Source of the DNA: Iphione sp. A-MEVVRFRX5
Lineage: Eukaryota
Assembly (NCBI GenBank): GCA_976226885.1
Contig: OZ320313.1
Location: 70,618,001 to 70,682,000 of the forward strand
Direction: 5' to 3'
DNA: 64,000 nt
The notes beneath the pieces were generated by a model. The model had not been told where the DNA came from. It worked only from the letters and a program-made list of their open reading frames with translations, and made no database searches. Below are positions 1 to 11,500 of this stretch, in pieces (the first letter of the stretch is position 1; the number at the start of each line of letters is the position of its first letter). Both the position numbers and the translations under genes were made by a program.

Positions 1-129
1 TAAAATATATTGAGGCAGTGTTTTTTACTTCAAATTATGAAATATTCCTATTTAAGAATAGTAACTTTATTAACAACAACATCCAATAGAGCAGAAATAT
101 AACTAAATTCAATTTTTTTTCTGAAGTGA

Positions 130-495
130 AGGTCAAGGCCACAGTCTCTTCCAAACTTTAAAAAATATTTCAAAAAATCATGGATTTCTTTCATTGCTGA
201 TATTTTTGTGCAATTGGAATATAGATATAATCTCATGGAGAACATAGAAAGTAGATTTTGTTAGAGAGAGAAGCCACTATTCTGAAGGTCAAGATCAAGG
301 TCACAAACAGGCTTACTGAATGCCAAAAATAATACTAGGGTTTGGAATAATGACCCATTTAAAACCCAAACAGCATGCTATCAGGCTAAGCCAAAAATAT
401 TGCAATTTGAATTCTAAATTTAACATACAAATTGAAAGATAGCATACTTTAAAACATGACATGTGACCTCTGACAGTAGTTCAGGTCAAAGGTCA
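130..495 (+). repeat. AT-rich repeat fragment with clustered AGGTCA hexamers; similar motifs resume at 2324-2388 after the LINE
   Basis: AGGTCA-AGGCCA at 130-141, AGGTCA-AGATCA-AGGTCA at 286-303, AGGTCA-A-AGGTCA at 483-495, AGGTCA-AGGTCA at 2324-2335. The same motif type on both sides of the LINE suggests one older repeat interrupted by it. Confidence 0.45.
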
Positions 496-510
496 ACTAT
501 ATAATCATAA

Positions 511-2127
511 ATTTACTATTGTTTTGAGAGTATAGAGAAAAAGAGGATCATCTATTGTGTTAACTGGGATAGGAAAGAGACTGCCAAATTTCAGATTAAG
601 AATATACATAAAGAGGAGATAGCAAAGGTGGTTGCCTCACTTGACACAAGAAAAGCCTCAAATGTCCCAGGAATAAGTACAAAATTCCTAAAGCAAATTA
701 TCATATGTACCTTGGATCAGTTCTGCTATTTATTGAACAGAATTGTGATAATGAAACAAATTCCTGAGATATGGAAAACAGCACAAGTCGTACCCATACA
801 TAAAGCAGGGGACAGAAAAAACCCTGACAATTATAGACCCATCTCGATGTTACAGTATCCCTGTAAAATACTAGAAAAGATTATATTTAACCAGCTGTAT
901 GCCCATGTTGAATCAAATAACTTACTATCAGCACATCAGTTTGGGTTTAGGAAAAACAGAGGTACAAGAGAGGCCATTACATATGCTTTACACCACATAA
1001 CAGAATATTACAACAATGGCGATCTAGTCAATGTTGTATTTTTTGATCTTAAAAAGGCATTTGACATGGTGAACAGAAACCTACTTATTCAAAAACTCAA
1101 GTACTTATTTAATTTTGCAGATAATACTCTCAACTTATTTAACAATTATTTATCTAACAGAAAGCAAAGGTGTGAAGTAAACAAAGTAGTTTCTGATGTT
1201 CTTAACAATAATCACGGTGTACCTCAAGGGGCCACCCTCGGGCCACTACTGTTTTCATTATTTATCAACGATGTTGTCAAGAAACTATCTGGAACAACTA
1301 TCTTATTTGCTGATGATACAATGGTTATTGTGAGAGGAAAGAACACTCAGGAATTGCATAGCAGAACTCAAAATGTTTGTGATGAATTTAGTATGTGGTG
1401 CAAAGACAATTGAATACTGCTCAATACAACAAAAACAAAGATAATGCATGTCAAACCTACAAGCACTTTGAATTATATGCTCCAACCAGTTATGTTGGAG
1501 GGTTCTCATGTTGAGTATGTGAAAGCCTACAGATATTTAGGTGTCACAATTGACAGTGAACTGAAGTTTGATGTGGAATTAGATTCTGTACTCAAAAAGC
1601 AGTCAATCAAAGTAGGCATACTGAACAAGGTAAGACATTTAATGAACAAAAGAGAAATGATTAATGTATACAAAGTCTTTGTAAGACCACAACTGGACTA
1701 TTGTACTGTGTTTTTAGGGGCAAATCTGAAATCAAAACTTGACAGACTACAAAGAATACAAAATAGAGTTTTGTCCTTGATACACAGGACGGTATGTAAA
1801 ACCAAGGCCATTCCATCGATGGTGGACTTACATACTCTGTATAATGTAGAAAGTACTCAAAAGAGAAGATATTATTTTCAACTGTGCACAATCAACAGTA
1901 TGGTGTCAAACAAATTACTACCTATGAAGCCTTTTTTACCCACTCGAAATTCTGCAGGTCCATTAGTTGCCCTTCCCAAACCAAAAAATAACAGGGTCAG
2001 AAATTCATTATGCTATTCAGGCATAAAAGCTTGGAATGAACTAGATGTGCTGCTGAGGAGTCAGGGAGGAAATGGTGTATTTCAAGATGCTGTTAAAATT
2101 CATGTAATGTTAAAGTTTAAATATTAA
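511..2127 (+). pseudogene. LINE ORF2 reverse transcriptase interrupted by one in-frame TGA (1411-1413)
   Basis: ORFs 628-1413 and 1444-2127 share a frame. Motifs: QFGFR, FFDLKKAFD, GVPQGATLGPLLF, catalytic FADD, N*ILLNTTKT across the stop, YRYLGV, and C-terminal SLCYSGIKAWNEL typical of CR1-group ORF2. Confidence 0.92.
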
Positions 2128-2204
2128 CTTATTTTTTGCCTGTCAACTTTGTATGAGATCAATGCTATATCCTAGTGCTGTTCAAGGAACAGTAACACTT
2201 CTGT

Positions 2205-2268
2205 ATCATTAACAACGCCCTACTAAGGGCGATGATCGGAATAAAATTATTTCAATCAATCAATCAAT
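2205..2268 (+). other. LINE 3'-terminal stem-loop, polyA signal and (TCAA)n microsatellite tail
   Basis: ATCAT-[TAACAA bulge]-CGCCCT-ACTA-AGGGCG-ATGAT folds into a hairpin, followed by GGAATAAA and TCAATCAATCAATCAAT. Confidence 0.8.
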
Positions 2269-2457
2269 AACATCATATAATGAACTCTAATTAGTTGACA
2301 ATGAAAAATGCTATTTGTCATTAAGGTCAAGGTCATATCTAATATCCTAGGATCAAATGAGAACAATAATATATCTTGGCTTAGGTCACATTGTCATTGT
2401 TATTCCAGAGAAATTCTCAATTTGTAAATGGAAGGTTCATTTTTTGTAAGAAATATA

Positions 2458-2640
2458 CAGTGTGACGTCCCTTTGTGGACACATCTGGGGAGCGGACGCT
2501 TCTACAATGTGGACCATTTGGAGAACTGCTGAAATGTTTCCTATAGTTAAGCATTGTAGGAGGAGGTCTTAATCAGGACAGCTACTTTTCCAGAGCATCC
2601 CCTTTGGACAATGTTGTTATGCAAATTTGGGGTCTCCCAG
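2458..2640 (+). mobile_element. Left-end fragment of a Tigger/pogo-like element related to the one at 7348
   Basis: Starts TA|CAGTGTGACGTCC and aligns by eye over about 180 bp with 7348-7530 (TGTGGACAC.TCTGGG, TCTACAATG.GGAC, CCTATAGT.AAGCATT, CCC.TTGGACA, TGGGGTC). No right end seen. Confidence 0.7.
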
Positions 2641-2660
2641 ACCCCTGACACCACGAAGGG

Positions 2661-2903
2661 TAGGGTTTCACGACTCTTTATATGTTTTTGCATGAATTTT
2701 TGGCTCCAGAAGTCATTTTCATATGTGAAATTTGTCCTAAAATTGACAAAAGTCAAGAATATTCATCTGAAAATCGGCAAAACTCAGGTGAATTCATCTG
2801 AAAATCGGCAAAAGTCAGGCACATTCATCCGTAATTTGGCAAATCTAAGGTGAATTCTCTGAATAGCTGTGGAAGGTGTCTCTAATATATCGTTGAATCC
2901 CTG
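2661..2903 (+). mobile_element. MITE-like element with an internal 31-bp tandem repeat
   Basis: Imperfect terminal inverted repeat (TAGGGTTTCA / TGAATCCCTG). About four 31-bp units (ATTCATCTGAAAATCGGCAAAA.TCAGG...) at about 2730-2855. No TSD found. Confidence 0.55.
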
Positions 2904-5900
2904 CAGCTATTTTTCTTGGCGTGCCTGAAAAATGATGCATGTGATTTTGAGTAATACATCCAGGTAAACTGCCTTAATTCTGATGTAAATCATTGGAAAT
3001 TAACTCACCAGGGGGGTCTGGGCTGTTGCTTTTTTCCCTAATTTCGGTAATTTCGGTTTCATTGTCCCAATCAACACACATTCGGTAGCATGTAAAATGC
3101 TGTACAAAACTTACAGAGTAAGGCAATAGAATTGTAAGTTTTCGTGACTTATGCTCTACCTTATATCTAATGGGGTTAATGTGGTGGATACAAGTAATTC
3201 AATATCCTTATACAAAATGCACTGCTTATTAAACATATGAAACAAGCATACTGCTCTATAGCACCTCCAAATCGACTACATTTCACCTTCTAAGCCCTGT
3301 ACAACGAAACTAAACCGTGACGACCACTTTCGTGCTGCAAAGGGCAAGCCAGGAACACCGTCACTTGATTATTGAGAGCCATAGTTTTTCATATGTCGTA
3401 GGAATCAAAATAATTATGACATTAGTTTAGCCCGCTGTGGAAGTATTATGCTTCTATTTGTGTCCATATTGTCTGGTTTTGTCAATGCGCTTATATTAAT
3501 GACAGAATTCCACAGTCGTGTCGGAACTGGCTTGTCAATTATTTTTGACATATCACAATCAATCGCTGTAGCCAATCATTTGGTTTAAGCCAAGAGGCCT
3601 TGTCTTATTTTTATTTATATGAAGCACTCTCCTAGCTAAAATAGGCACATGACGATTTATCATAATGAGAACAGGTATTCAAATTAAAAATTGCATAAAA
3701 ATCACACGCGTTAATTAACTATTCATTAAGGCATCACAGAGCTTTGATGAAAATAATTCGACATAATCTCCGTTTTTACTATTCAATAATTGAAAAATCC
3801 GTCAAAAAGGGAATGCTTGGAATTACTGCCAGGAGAAGTGCGGTTTGGGGGTTGAATGTCTGTGTCAGTGTGTGGCTGTGTAGTGTATGTATGTGTATGA
3901 GTGTGCATGTGTGCGCGTGTGTATACGTTCTTCTTTTTGATCATAGAGCTACAAGCGACAGGCTTTCTTGGAGGCCCCGTTAAGCGTAGTCGGAGAAAAC
4001 CAACTTGTCACCCAGTGGTTCTTTTCATGATGGAGAAGGCGGAAAGGACACGCGTAGTCATTCCTCGCATGCTGACAGTACTCGTCAGTGTGGCTTCGAA
4101 CAGGTGAAAAAGAAAAAGCTCTGATTATTTCGAAATACCTGTGTCAACATGGCTACCTCGGTCGGCGGTGAAGACCGAAGACGGGGAGAATAATCACATA
4201 TAAATTCAAGTTTAATGAGAAATATTAGCGACAGTGACATTCTGTGAATTTGTAAAATTTGAAAGGCAAGAATTAAAGATCTCTAAAAGAAATGCAACTG
4301 ATCCCATTATAAAAGAAAAGAAAAAAGACGATCCTACGGGGCTATCCCTGTATACTCTGTTCACACAAAATATAAATGGTAAAAACAAATTTTTCAGTTC
4401 AGTTAGATATAATTTATCTGATGACTGTTCACAGTTTGGAATATCGCCACCAGGTTACAATGATAGCATGTATGCGCAGTAACCGACAAAGGTAGTTGGT
4501 AACCTCAGTGGCACAGGTGAAACTCGTATCACGTTTGAATATGGTATACAGCGCAGGTCATGTTAGACTGCCGGTAACAATTTGCTTTTTCCTGCTACAT
4601 ATACAGTGGTACATTCCTTACTATTGGTGACTATGATGCTCGTGTTGTGACTTTGATTTCTTGCTTATAGTACTGTTTTCCTGGACATGATTCATGAGTG
4701 TAATGGATGGTCTAGCTTGGTGTGTAGAAATAATACGTGTCTACAGCCAACTAAAAGGGAAACGCCCATCAAAAGGGAGACGTCTGCCTTAAGTGTTCTA
4801 TATTGACGCATTCATATGGACGGGAGCCACAGGCACCTTCTCGGAAGGACGGAATGTAAAACGGCCTATGTGATTGCGATAGATATGCACCTCTGAAGGA
4901 TATCCTAATTAATTTCGAAACACAGAATAAAACGCGTGCAGTTCTTTTGCACTTGCTAAGTCTTGTACCCAAACGGCATTTTTCAGTGGGCGTAACTTCC
5001 CGTACACATTGATCTCTGGCTGAAATATTTATCATCAACTTCAGTCGCTGTTGGAGGTGTAACATTAGGAGGTGCGTCTACTTTTCACCTCCTTGGCGCG
5101 TTTTCGACAATACAAAGAAACATCTGAGACAACACAGGCTGCGGCTCACTTCCGGCCAGTAGTCAAAGTCGTCCAACATCGAGCGGTGGCGCTGGCGTTT
5201 CCATCGTGAGGTTTTTTTTTATGAGTGTTTTTTCAGCATGGAGGCCATATTTGAGGTATACTCTAAACTGCTCGATGAAAAGGAGGAATTTTTAAAAAAA
5301 GCAGCACGAGAATCTGGAAGTAAAGGTACATCATTAAGGCGTCTAAATATGTTATTCTAATTTTGTATTTTATTAACTTTCGTTCCGTACATGGAAACGT
5401 TTACATTCACTCTGATGTGCTGTGTTCAACATGTGTTCCATCTACATACATATGTCAGAAATAAATCCCACTACACGCTTCTGAGCTTCTAACAGAAGTT
5501 TCCACAGTCAGAGAGAAGAACAAGGGCCTTTTAAAACTGCGTTTGTAGATAGGAAGCAACAATGTCAGCATATTTTAAGTGCTGTAACAAAGAAGAAGGG
5601 TCATATAAAGAGGAAGCAAAGACTTGGGAAGGTACACTAGAACCCGTAGTGTAGGAGGTGGCCTTAACGCTGGCGGTAGCGGCAATGCTGGCAGTAGCTG
5701 CATCAGTGGTACTCGCCGGAATCTCCAAGTCGCTTCTGGTTATGTTTTTGTGCTGTCTTCCTTTGACCTTTCGGTCCTGTCCGCATGTGTGCAAAAGTGA
5801 TCAATGCAGTTCCATCTACATCTCGCCATTGCCCGCCCACCCGTCTTCTTATCTGAGTCGACCTCCTGCTTATATTCCATTGCTGCTGCCCACCTGCATT

Positions 5901-7347
5901 TCTCATATGGCAAAATGGAAATTCAATATATCGCTCTAGATCCTGCCTTACATTAATCTACGAACATCCTCATATGGAGAAGGCGTATGCTGTGAACACT
6001 TACCAGCACTGGGTAGCGATGAAATGTCAAATGGCCACTAGCTTTGTCTCCTATAGTTCAGAAATAATCTTACTCACATAAAACTATTACGTGCCTTCTT
6101 ATATCCTTCGTAGAAGGTTATGATGAAAGGTAAACAGTGACCGACCTTTGTTATCATTGTTTGACTAATTGAATATGATTTACATGTCCGATTTATAATT
6201 AATAACTATCTTTGCTAATACATCTGTTTGTTGCTGTCCTACATTAACGTTCTCTAGGCATACAGCCTTTCGAACTATACTGCTCCCACATGGTAATTGG
6301 TGTGTTCTTTTGTGTTTCTTTCCCTAGCTTTCATCAAGCTGTGCGATCCCACCACCAAATAATTTCGTCGACATCTGCAGCGGCAAGCCATACAAAACAG
6401 GGACACTGAAATAGAAACGCAATAACGGTTATCTTTTAATTAAAATGTTTTATAAGGAGCCGAGTTAATGATTTCCATCCTCACGTCGGGCAGGAACAAG
6501 GGACGCCGAAGCCGGAAGTGAATCGACTCACTGACTGAAATGAAAATCCTGCGTTTGAGTTTAGGTGTTTTTACCAATACACACCAGTTTACATCCGCAG
6601 GAATTTGTGAGCCACACTGACATTTGTTAGGCGCAATTCACCAAAATTGTCATGGCAAGTAGGAGCCACTCATGCATGGAGAAAGGTTGGAAATGTCGTG
6701 TAAGCCAATAATTATCTGAGTGCCAATTGATCTTGATAACCACATGTACCCGGACGCCACCTAGGTAATTCCGTGTTTGTTAAAAGCGAAGTTCTGAAGT
6801 AGATCACATTAAGAATGATTTATCGTCTTCCGTCCATCCACACAAATTTATCGTGTATAAATCACGTACTATCCGGCGACCCTAAACAATGGAATTGAAG
6901 AAAAGGCTTTCTCGAGAACACATGATCGTGCTTCGAAAATACATTAAAACGATTGGTTATTATTGCTTGCGGTGCATATTGTATTCAAACTAAGCACATA
7001 AAGTATCCGTAAGGGTAATAAAAACATACTTATAGCCAAATGTTACCAAATAATAAATGTGAAACTGTTCATACATATTCAGGAAGAACTGTATGAATAA
7101 TATAGACCATGCGATCGGCGATACTAAAAAATAAAGAATTGTGCTTGGCAGTTTTGTCTGAAATCTGAAAAAATATATATTTATGAGCCAGACAAAGTAC
7201 CGTATTTTTTTGAGAGTATGGTGCGGGATAAACCATGGAAAAACTACTTAACACGTGTACCTTTGAAACATCACAATGTACTTCAGAGGAAGAGAGTATT
7301 AATAGGATATGAAACATGTTACAGCTGTCCAATTGTATTTGCAAATA

Positions 7348-9405
7348 CAGTACAACGTCTGTCTGTGGACACCTCTGGGACGTGGATGCCTCTACAATGC
7401 GGACGAATTGGGCAAGAACCGAATGCTATCCCATAGTAAAGCATTATGAGAGAACATCTTGAATGCGGATGATGAATTTTAGACAGCCCCCCCTATGGAC
7501 AGCAAGGTTGCGCGACAACTGGGGTCAATTTTTTGCAAATTTTACACCTCACAGACCCACAGAAGCCATCAAAGAGTAGCTTTCACTTTAATGTAGCATT
7601 GCCGTTGACACCTTGAGTGACTCAAAGAGTAGGTGCTAATTGCAATTGTCATCTCGGGAGTTTGGCCACACACCAAATGAGGTGTTTCTGTCTGATGTTT
7701 TCACACGTTGCTGATTGCAATCGTCACCTCCTGGGTTTGGCGGGCCCTGCAGACCATACATAAGGGGGTTGATTTTGGAGGGAAATCATCAGTCTGCAGA
7801 CGATTCTCAAGACGACAACATGCGTACCCAGACCAAGACCATTAGCAAGTGCAGGGACCTTACCCTCTGAGAAAAGGTTGAAGTCATGAGGAGCAGCTCA
7901 AATAAGAGTCTACAACAGCTCACAGAGCAGTTCAGGGTTGGCAATTTTGAAGAGAAAGGCAGACATTATGCTGGACTATGAGAAATATGCTGATTCTACA
8001 GCTAAGAGGCATTGTCTGTCAACTTCATCTACCACCTTGGACGAACGGGTATTTTTGTGGTTTTCGAGAATACGCTCAGTCAACGTTCCTGTGTCCAGTC
8101 CGATGATATGTACCAGAGCCCAAGCAATAGCTAAGGAAATTGGCATGGACGATTTCAAGGCTTCCTCTGGATGGCTGGACAAGTTTAAGAAATGTCACTG
8201 TATCAGTGGCTTCAAGGTGGTAGGGGAGTGTACTGCTGTGGATGATGCGACCATTGAAACCTGGCTAGAACGACTGCCCACCATCCTGGATGGATACAGA
8301 CCAAAAGACATTTCAATGTTGATGAATCTGGCTTCTTTTATTGTGCTCTTCCAGACAAGACACTCAGTGTGAGAGGTTCAGATGCCAAGGTTCTCTGCCA
8401 CCAAGAAGTCAAAAGAGCGAATAACAGCTATGCTTTGTTGCAATGCTCTAGGTGAATTCCAGAAAACACTTGTGACAGGCAAATCAGCAAAGCCAAGATG
8501 TTGGAGAAATGTGAAAGACCTGTCCACATATGTCTCCTCATGGACAATGCACCCAGTCATCCCAGTGGAATCACCCTCTCCAATGTGAAGGTGGTGTTCC
8601 TACCACCAAATGCCACCTCAGTACTCCAGCCCTTAATCCAGGCAGCGAAGCTGCAATACAAGAAGTCACTGCTGGAATATGTAGTCTCCAGGCTAGATGA
8701 GGAGAATGACCCAAGATCAGTTATTGGATCAGTGTACATGCAGACGGCTGTCTCCTGGCTCCATGCAGCTGTCAAGTCAGTGAACCCTGAGACAGTGGAG
8801 TCTTGCTTCTTAAGTTTAGGAGCGAGACCTGTGCCTGAAGATGTTGAGAGAGTGTGTCCACCAGAGATGGACGATGAGCCACCCATCTCTCTCCTTCTCA
8901 AGATTCAAGAAGGCCTACCTGAGGAGACCAGAATGTCACCTAAAGAATACAAGAGTGTTGATGAGGATTTGGACATTCACAGTAAAGATGAGGATGACTG
9001 GGAGACAAATGACCAAGATGATGAGGATGAGACACAGGATGAGCCACAGAGCCAGGAGAAGTGTGACATTGAGTGTCTTGATCTCCTGGCTCCACTCCAA
9101 CAGGCTCACTCATCCAAGGGCATAGCAGGAAAGTCGTCCAGCCCACATTACATGCATTTAGAAAAAAATAATTGTATTTGTGTTTAAATTATTCCACTTG
9201 TATGTACTTGTTCTAATTTATTATGATACTCCATTATTTTTCATTATTTAATTGTGTTTTGAGTAATAAACACACATATCTGTATATTAAAGTCTGTTGT
9301 TATTTCACCTTCTATACTACTCACTGCTTCTCCAATCAGGACACCTCTACAAAGCGGGTGAATTAGCCAAGAACGGAGGCTGTCCGGATTAAAGAGGTTC
9401 TACTG
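7348..9405 (+). mobile_element. Tigger/pogo-family DNA transposon (Tc1/mariner superfamily), full length and decayed
   Basis: TA at 7346-7347 and 9406-9407. Imperfect TIRs CAGTACAACGTCT.. and ..AGAGGTTCTACTG. A roughly 50-bp subterminal direct repeat lies at both ends (about 7385-7432 and 9340-9387). Contains a disrupted transposase. Confidence 0.9.
7820..9187 (+). pseudogene. CENP-B/Tigger-type DDE_1 transposase with stops and frameshifts
   Basis: N-terminal DLTL*EKVEV (HTH-psq-like), CENP-B HTH (VFLWFSRIRSVNVPVS, FKASSGWLDKFK), first Asp NVDESG after a frameshift, KERITAMLCCNA, second Asp LLMDNAPSHP, VVFLPPNATSVLQPL with the DQG third-Asp motif deleted, and an acidic tail. AATAAA at 9265-9270. 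Confidence 0.92.
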
Positions 9406-11279
9406 TATAATGCAATATAAGATTTTTAAATGATCGGCCATATCTTTGCATATTACCAAAAATACGAATACAGTAAATAATGTTCATTCCATACTTGCGT
9501 TCCCTGCAGACCACCGTGGTCTTTTGGATTAACACCATAAGAAACAGTGCTTGATGAAAAGCTGACAAACAACACGGGCACATTTCTTCTTGTTCAGCGC
9601 CATAACGACTGTAGCCTACGAGCGCATAGATGCTCCAATGGTGCGGCACAATCTGCTCCTTTCCTGGTGCCTAACAAGTAAATTATTGTACAATTAGTAA
9701 TAACTTTCAAAACATGTTTTCCAGAAGTTGGCTAACAACTAAAAGGAAGGTTATTGGCCGGTAGTTATTGACCAGCGATGAGTCACCAGATTGGAAGAAT
9801 GAAAAAAATGAGTGTCCGCTTTGTGAGCCGTAGGTAAAATCTCAGTTATAAGAAAACAATTCGAAATAAAGGGAATAAGCAAGTACAGACACGGCCGCCA
9901 GAAAACAGATAAGGATGCTGAAAAGTATTGAGATTTGGCATACGCATAGTCTCAGTGAACACATTGCTGTGATGGCTGAAAGAAGGCGTAGTATTTTTTT
10001 TCCTTTCGCTACTGTGACTTGGTAGACCGCCCACTAGCCATACAAAAGTGGGACTAAACTAGCCAGTTATAAAGGATGCAGCATCATTAACCATGAGGCA
10101 TTCATAAGAGCAATAGCATCTCCTTGCGAGGAAGAATAAGGAATAAACCACTAAAGGGATGTACGTATTCATGACTTCTTTGTGTTCACAACGGCCGCTT
10201 TTAGTGTATCAGATAACTTAAGTTGGTATGATTCAGTAGCTAGAAAATATGATCCAATCAAAATGTTTATATCATGACGATTCAGATCGATACGTATGGC
10301 ATGGAAAGATTTTTTTTGTCAGTGTTCCCTTAGTACGGCATATTCAATAATAATACTATTTGGAAGCACGTGGCATACAAATGGCGAGCAATATAACACG
10401 AATCAATGTGGCATTTCAAATATTTCGTATGAAAACATTACTCTAGGTTAAGTAGGTCCAACTATGTTCTTGAATAGTTTTATTCTTGACCGTTTGACAT
10501 CCAGATTTCGAATTCATTTAAACTAGCTGCCACAACAGTATGGTTAATGCAGCAACACATTTCGATGCCAGGATTTCATATTGGTCTCCATTCTCCTATC
10601 TCTTCCTCTTTGTATCCGTAGTCAAAATGATCGTGAAAGACACTTCTCACCATAAAGCACGTGCAACGTAAATGAGAATGTAGAAACAAGACACATGAAA
10701 GGCAAAGTATGGGAAAATATCCCTCGTTAGGTTTTGCTTGCTCAGTCATGGCTTATTGTACAGATATGACTGCGTCGTTCCGAACTTCTTTCAATATCTT
10801 CCCATCGCTTTCCCTTCCAGTTATACGAATCTATTTCTGATCCATCTATTCTTCCTCGTTTTATCTCATTGTCTCCTTCGTAAGCAGCGTGGAGAGCCGC
10901 TATTGAACTACCTACTGAAGATACTTTATTAATCTTGTGAACGGTCCCGTCCTTGTCGCTCATCGCTTGCTGCTATACGAGGGCCTGTAAATCTTGTCGA
11001 GAGGCGTATTAATCTCAGGTAATCAGGGAACGCTACGCGCCTGTGAAAAAAGGGCTCGTCTCTGTTTTATGTTATCCATGATGTTGCTAACCGCCCTGTT
11101 TTAACGAGCTTGTTAAAGCTCATGCAGATAAAAGATTAAAGATAAGTCATGGAAATGCCTTCAGGGGAATAGCAGTTTTCTCTCTGTGTCAGTATGCAGC
11201 CATTATTGAATGCGTGCATGCAAAAATGTTTCTAGACTTTCCTCTTTACCATTTATTGTACATGGGAGAATATCCACCA

Positions 11280-11500
11280 TTTGTGAAAGAAAAAAAATAT
11301 CCATATGGATAGCCACACGATATGGTATTATCCACTTGTTCGTCTATAGAAGTATGGACTCTCAAGACTCAGGAAGGTTAAGGATGCAAATGCATCACAG
11401 CCGTTCTTTTTAACAGGCTCAAAGGCCTTCAAACAGTGATCGATTGGACAATAAATCAAGGAATGGCGTCCGAAGAAAATGGCGAGACAAATCAAGTGAC
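11280..11500 (+). mobile_element. Highly decayed RTE-like LINE RT C-terminal remnant
   Basis: IEVWTLK at 11346-11366 resembles the RTE motif YGxExWTL, preceded by RKKISI. Many stops. Confidence 0.35.

Larger units (their letters stand above)
511..2268 (+). mobile_element. 5'-truncated non-LTR retrotransposon (LINE), CR1/L2 group
   Basis: RT reading frame 511-2127, then a short 3' UTR with a bulged stem-loop (2205-2236), AATAAA (2240-2245) and a (TCAA)n tail (2252-2268). There is no endonuclease domain or ORF1 upstream, so the element is 5'-truncated. No clean TSD found. Confidence 0.9.

Noticed and set aside
1411-1413. TGA in the LINE RT as programmed readthrough or selenocysteine
   Set aside because: No readthrough context (TGA-ATA, not TGA-CTA) and no reason to expect Sec. 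A single nonsense mutation in a dead copy is simpler.
2730-2855. 31-bp repeats as a CRISPR array
   Set aside because: The units are head-to-tail with no unique spacers, the context is eukaryotic and there are no cas genes.
4418-4445. Hammerhead ribozyme core (CTGATGA followed by a small hairpin)
   Set aside because: No GAAA follows stem II. Other CTGANGA sites checked on both strands also lacked the core.
5531-5939. Overlapping 67-93 aa ORFs on both strands
   Set aside because: They arise from a GC-rich Ala/Thr-like low-complexity patch and have no recognisable domain.
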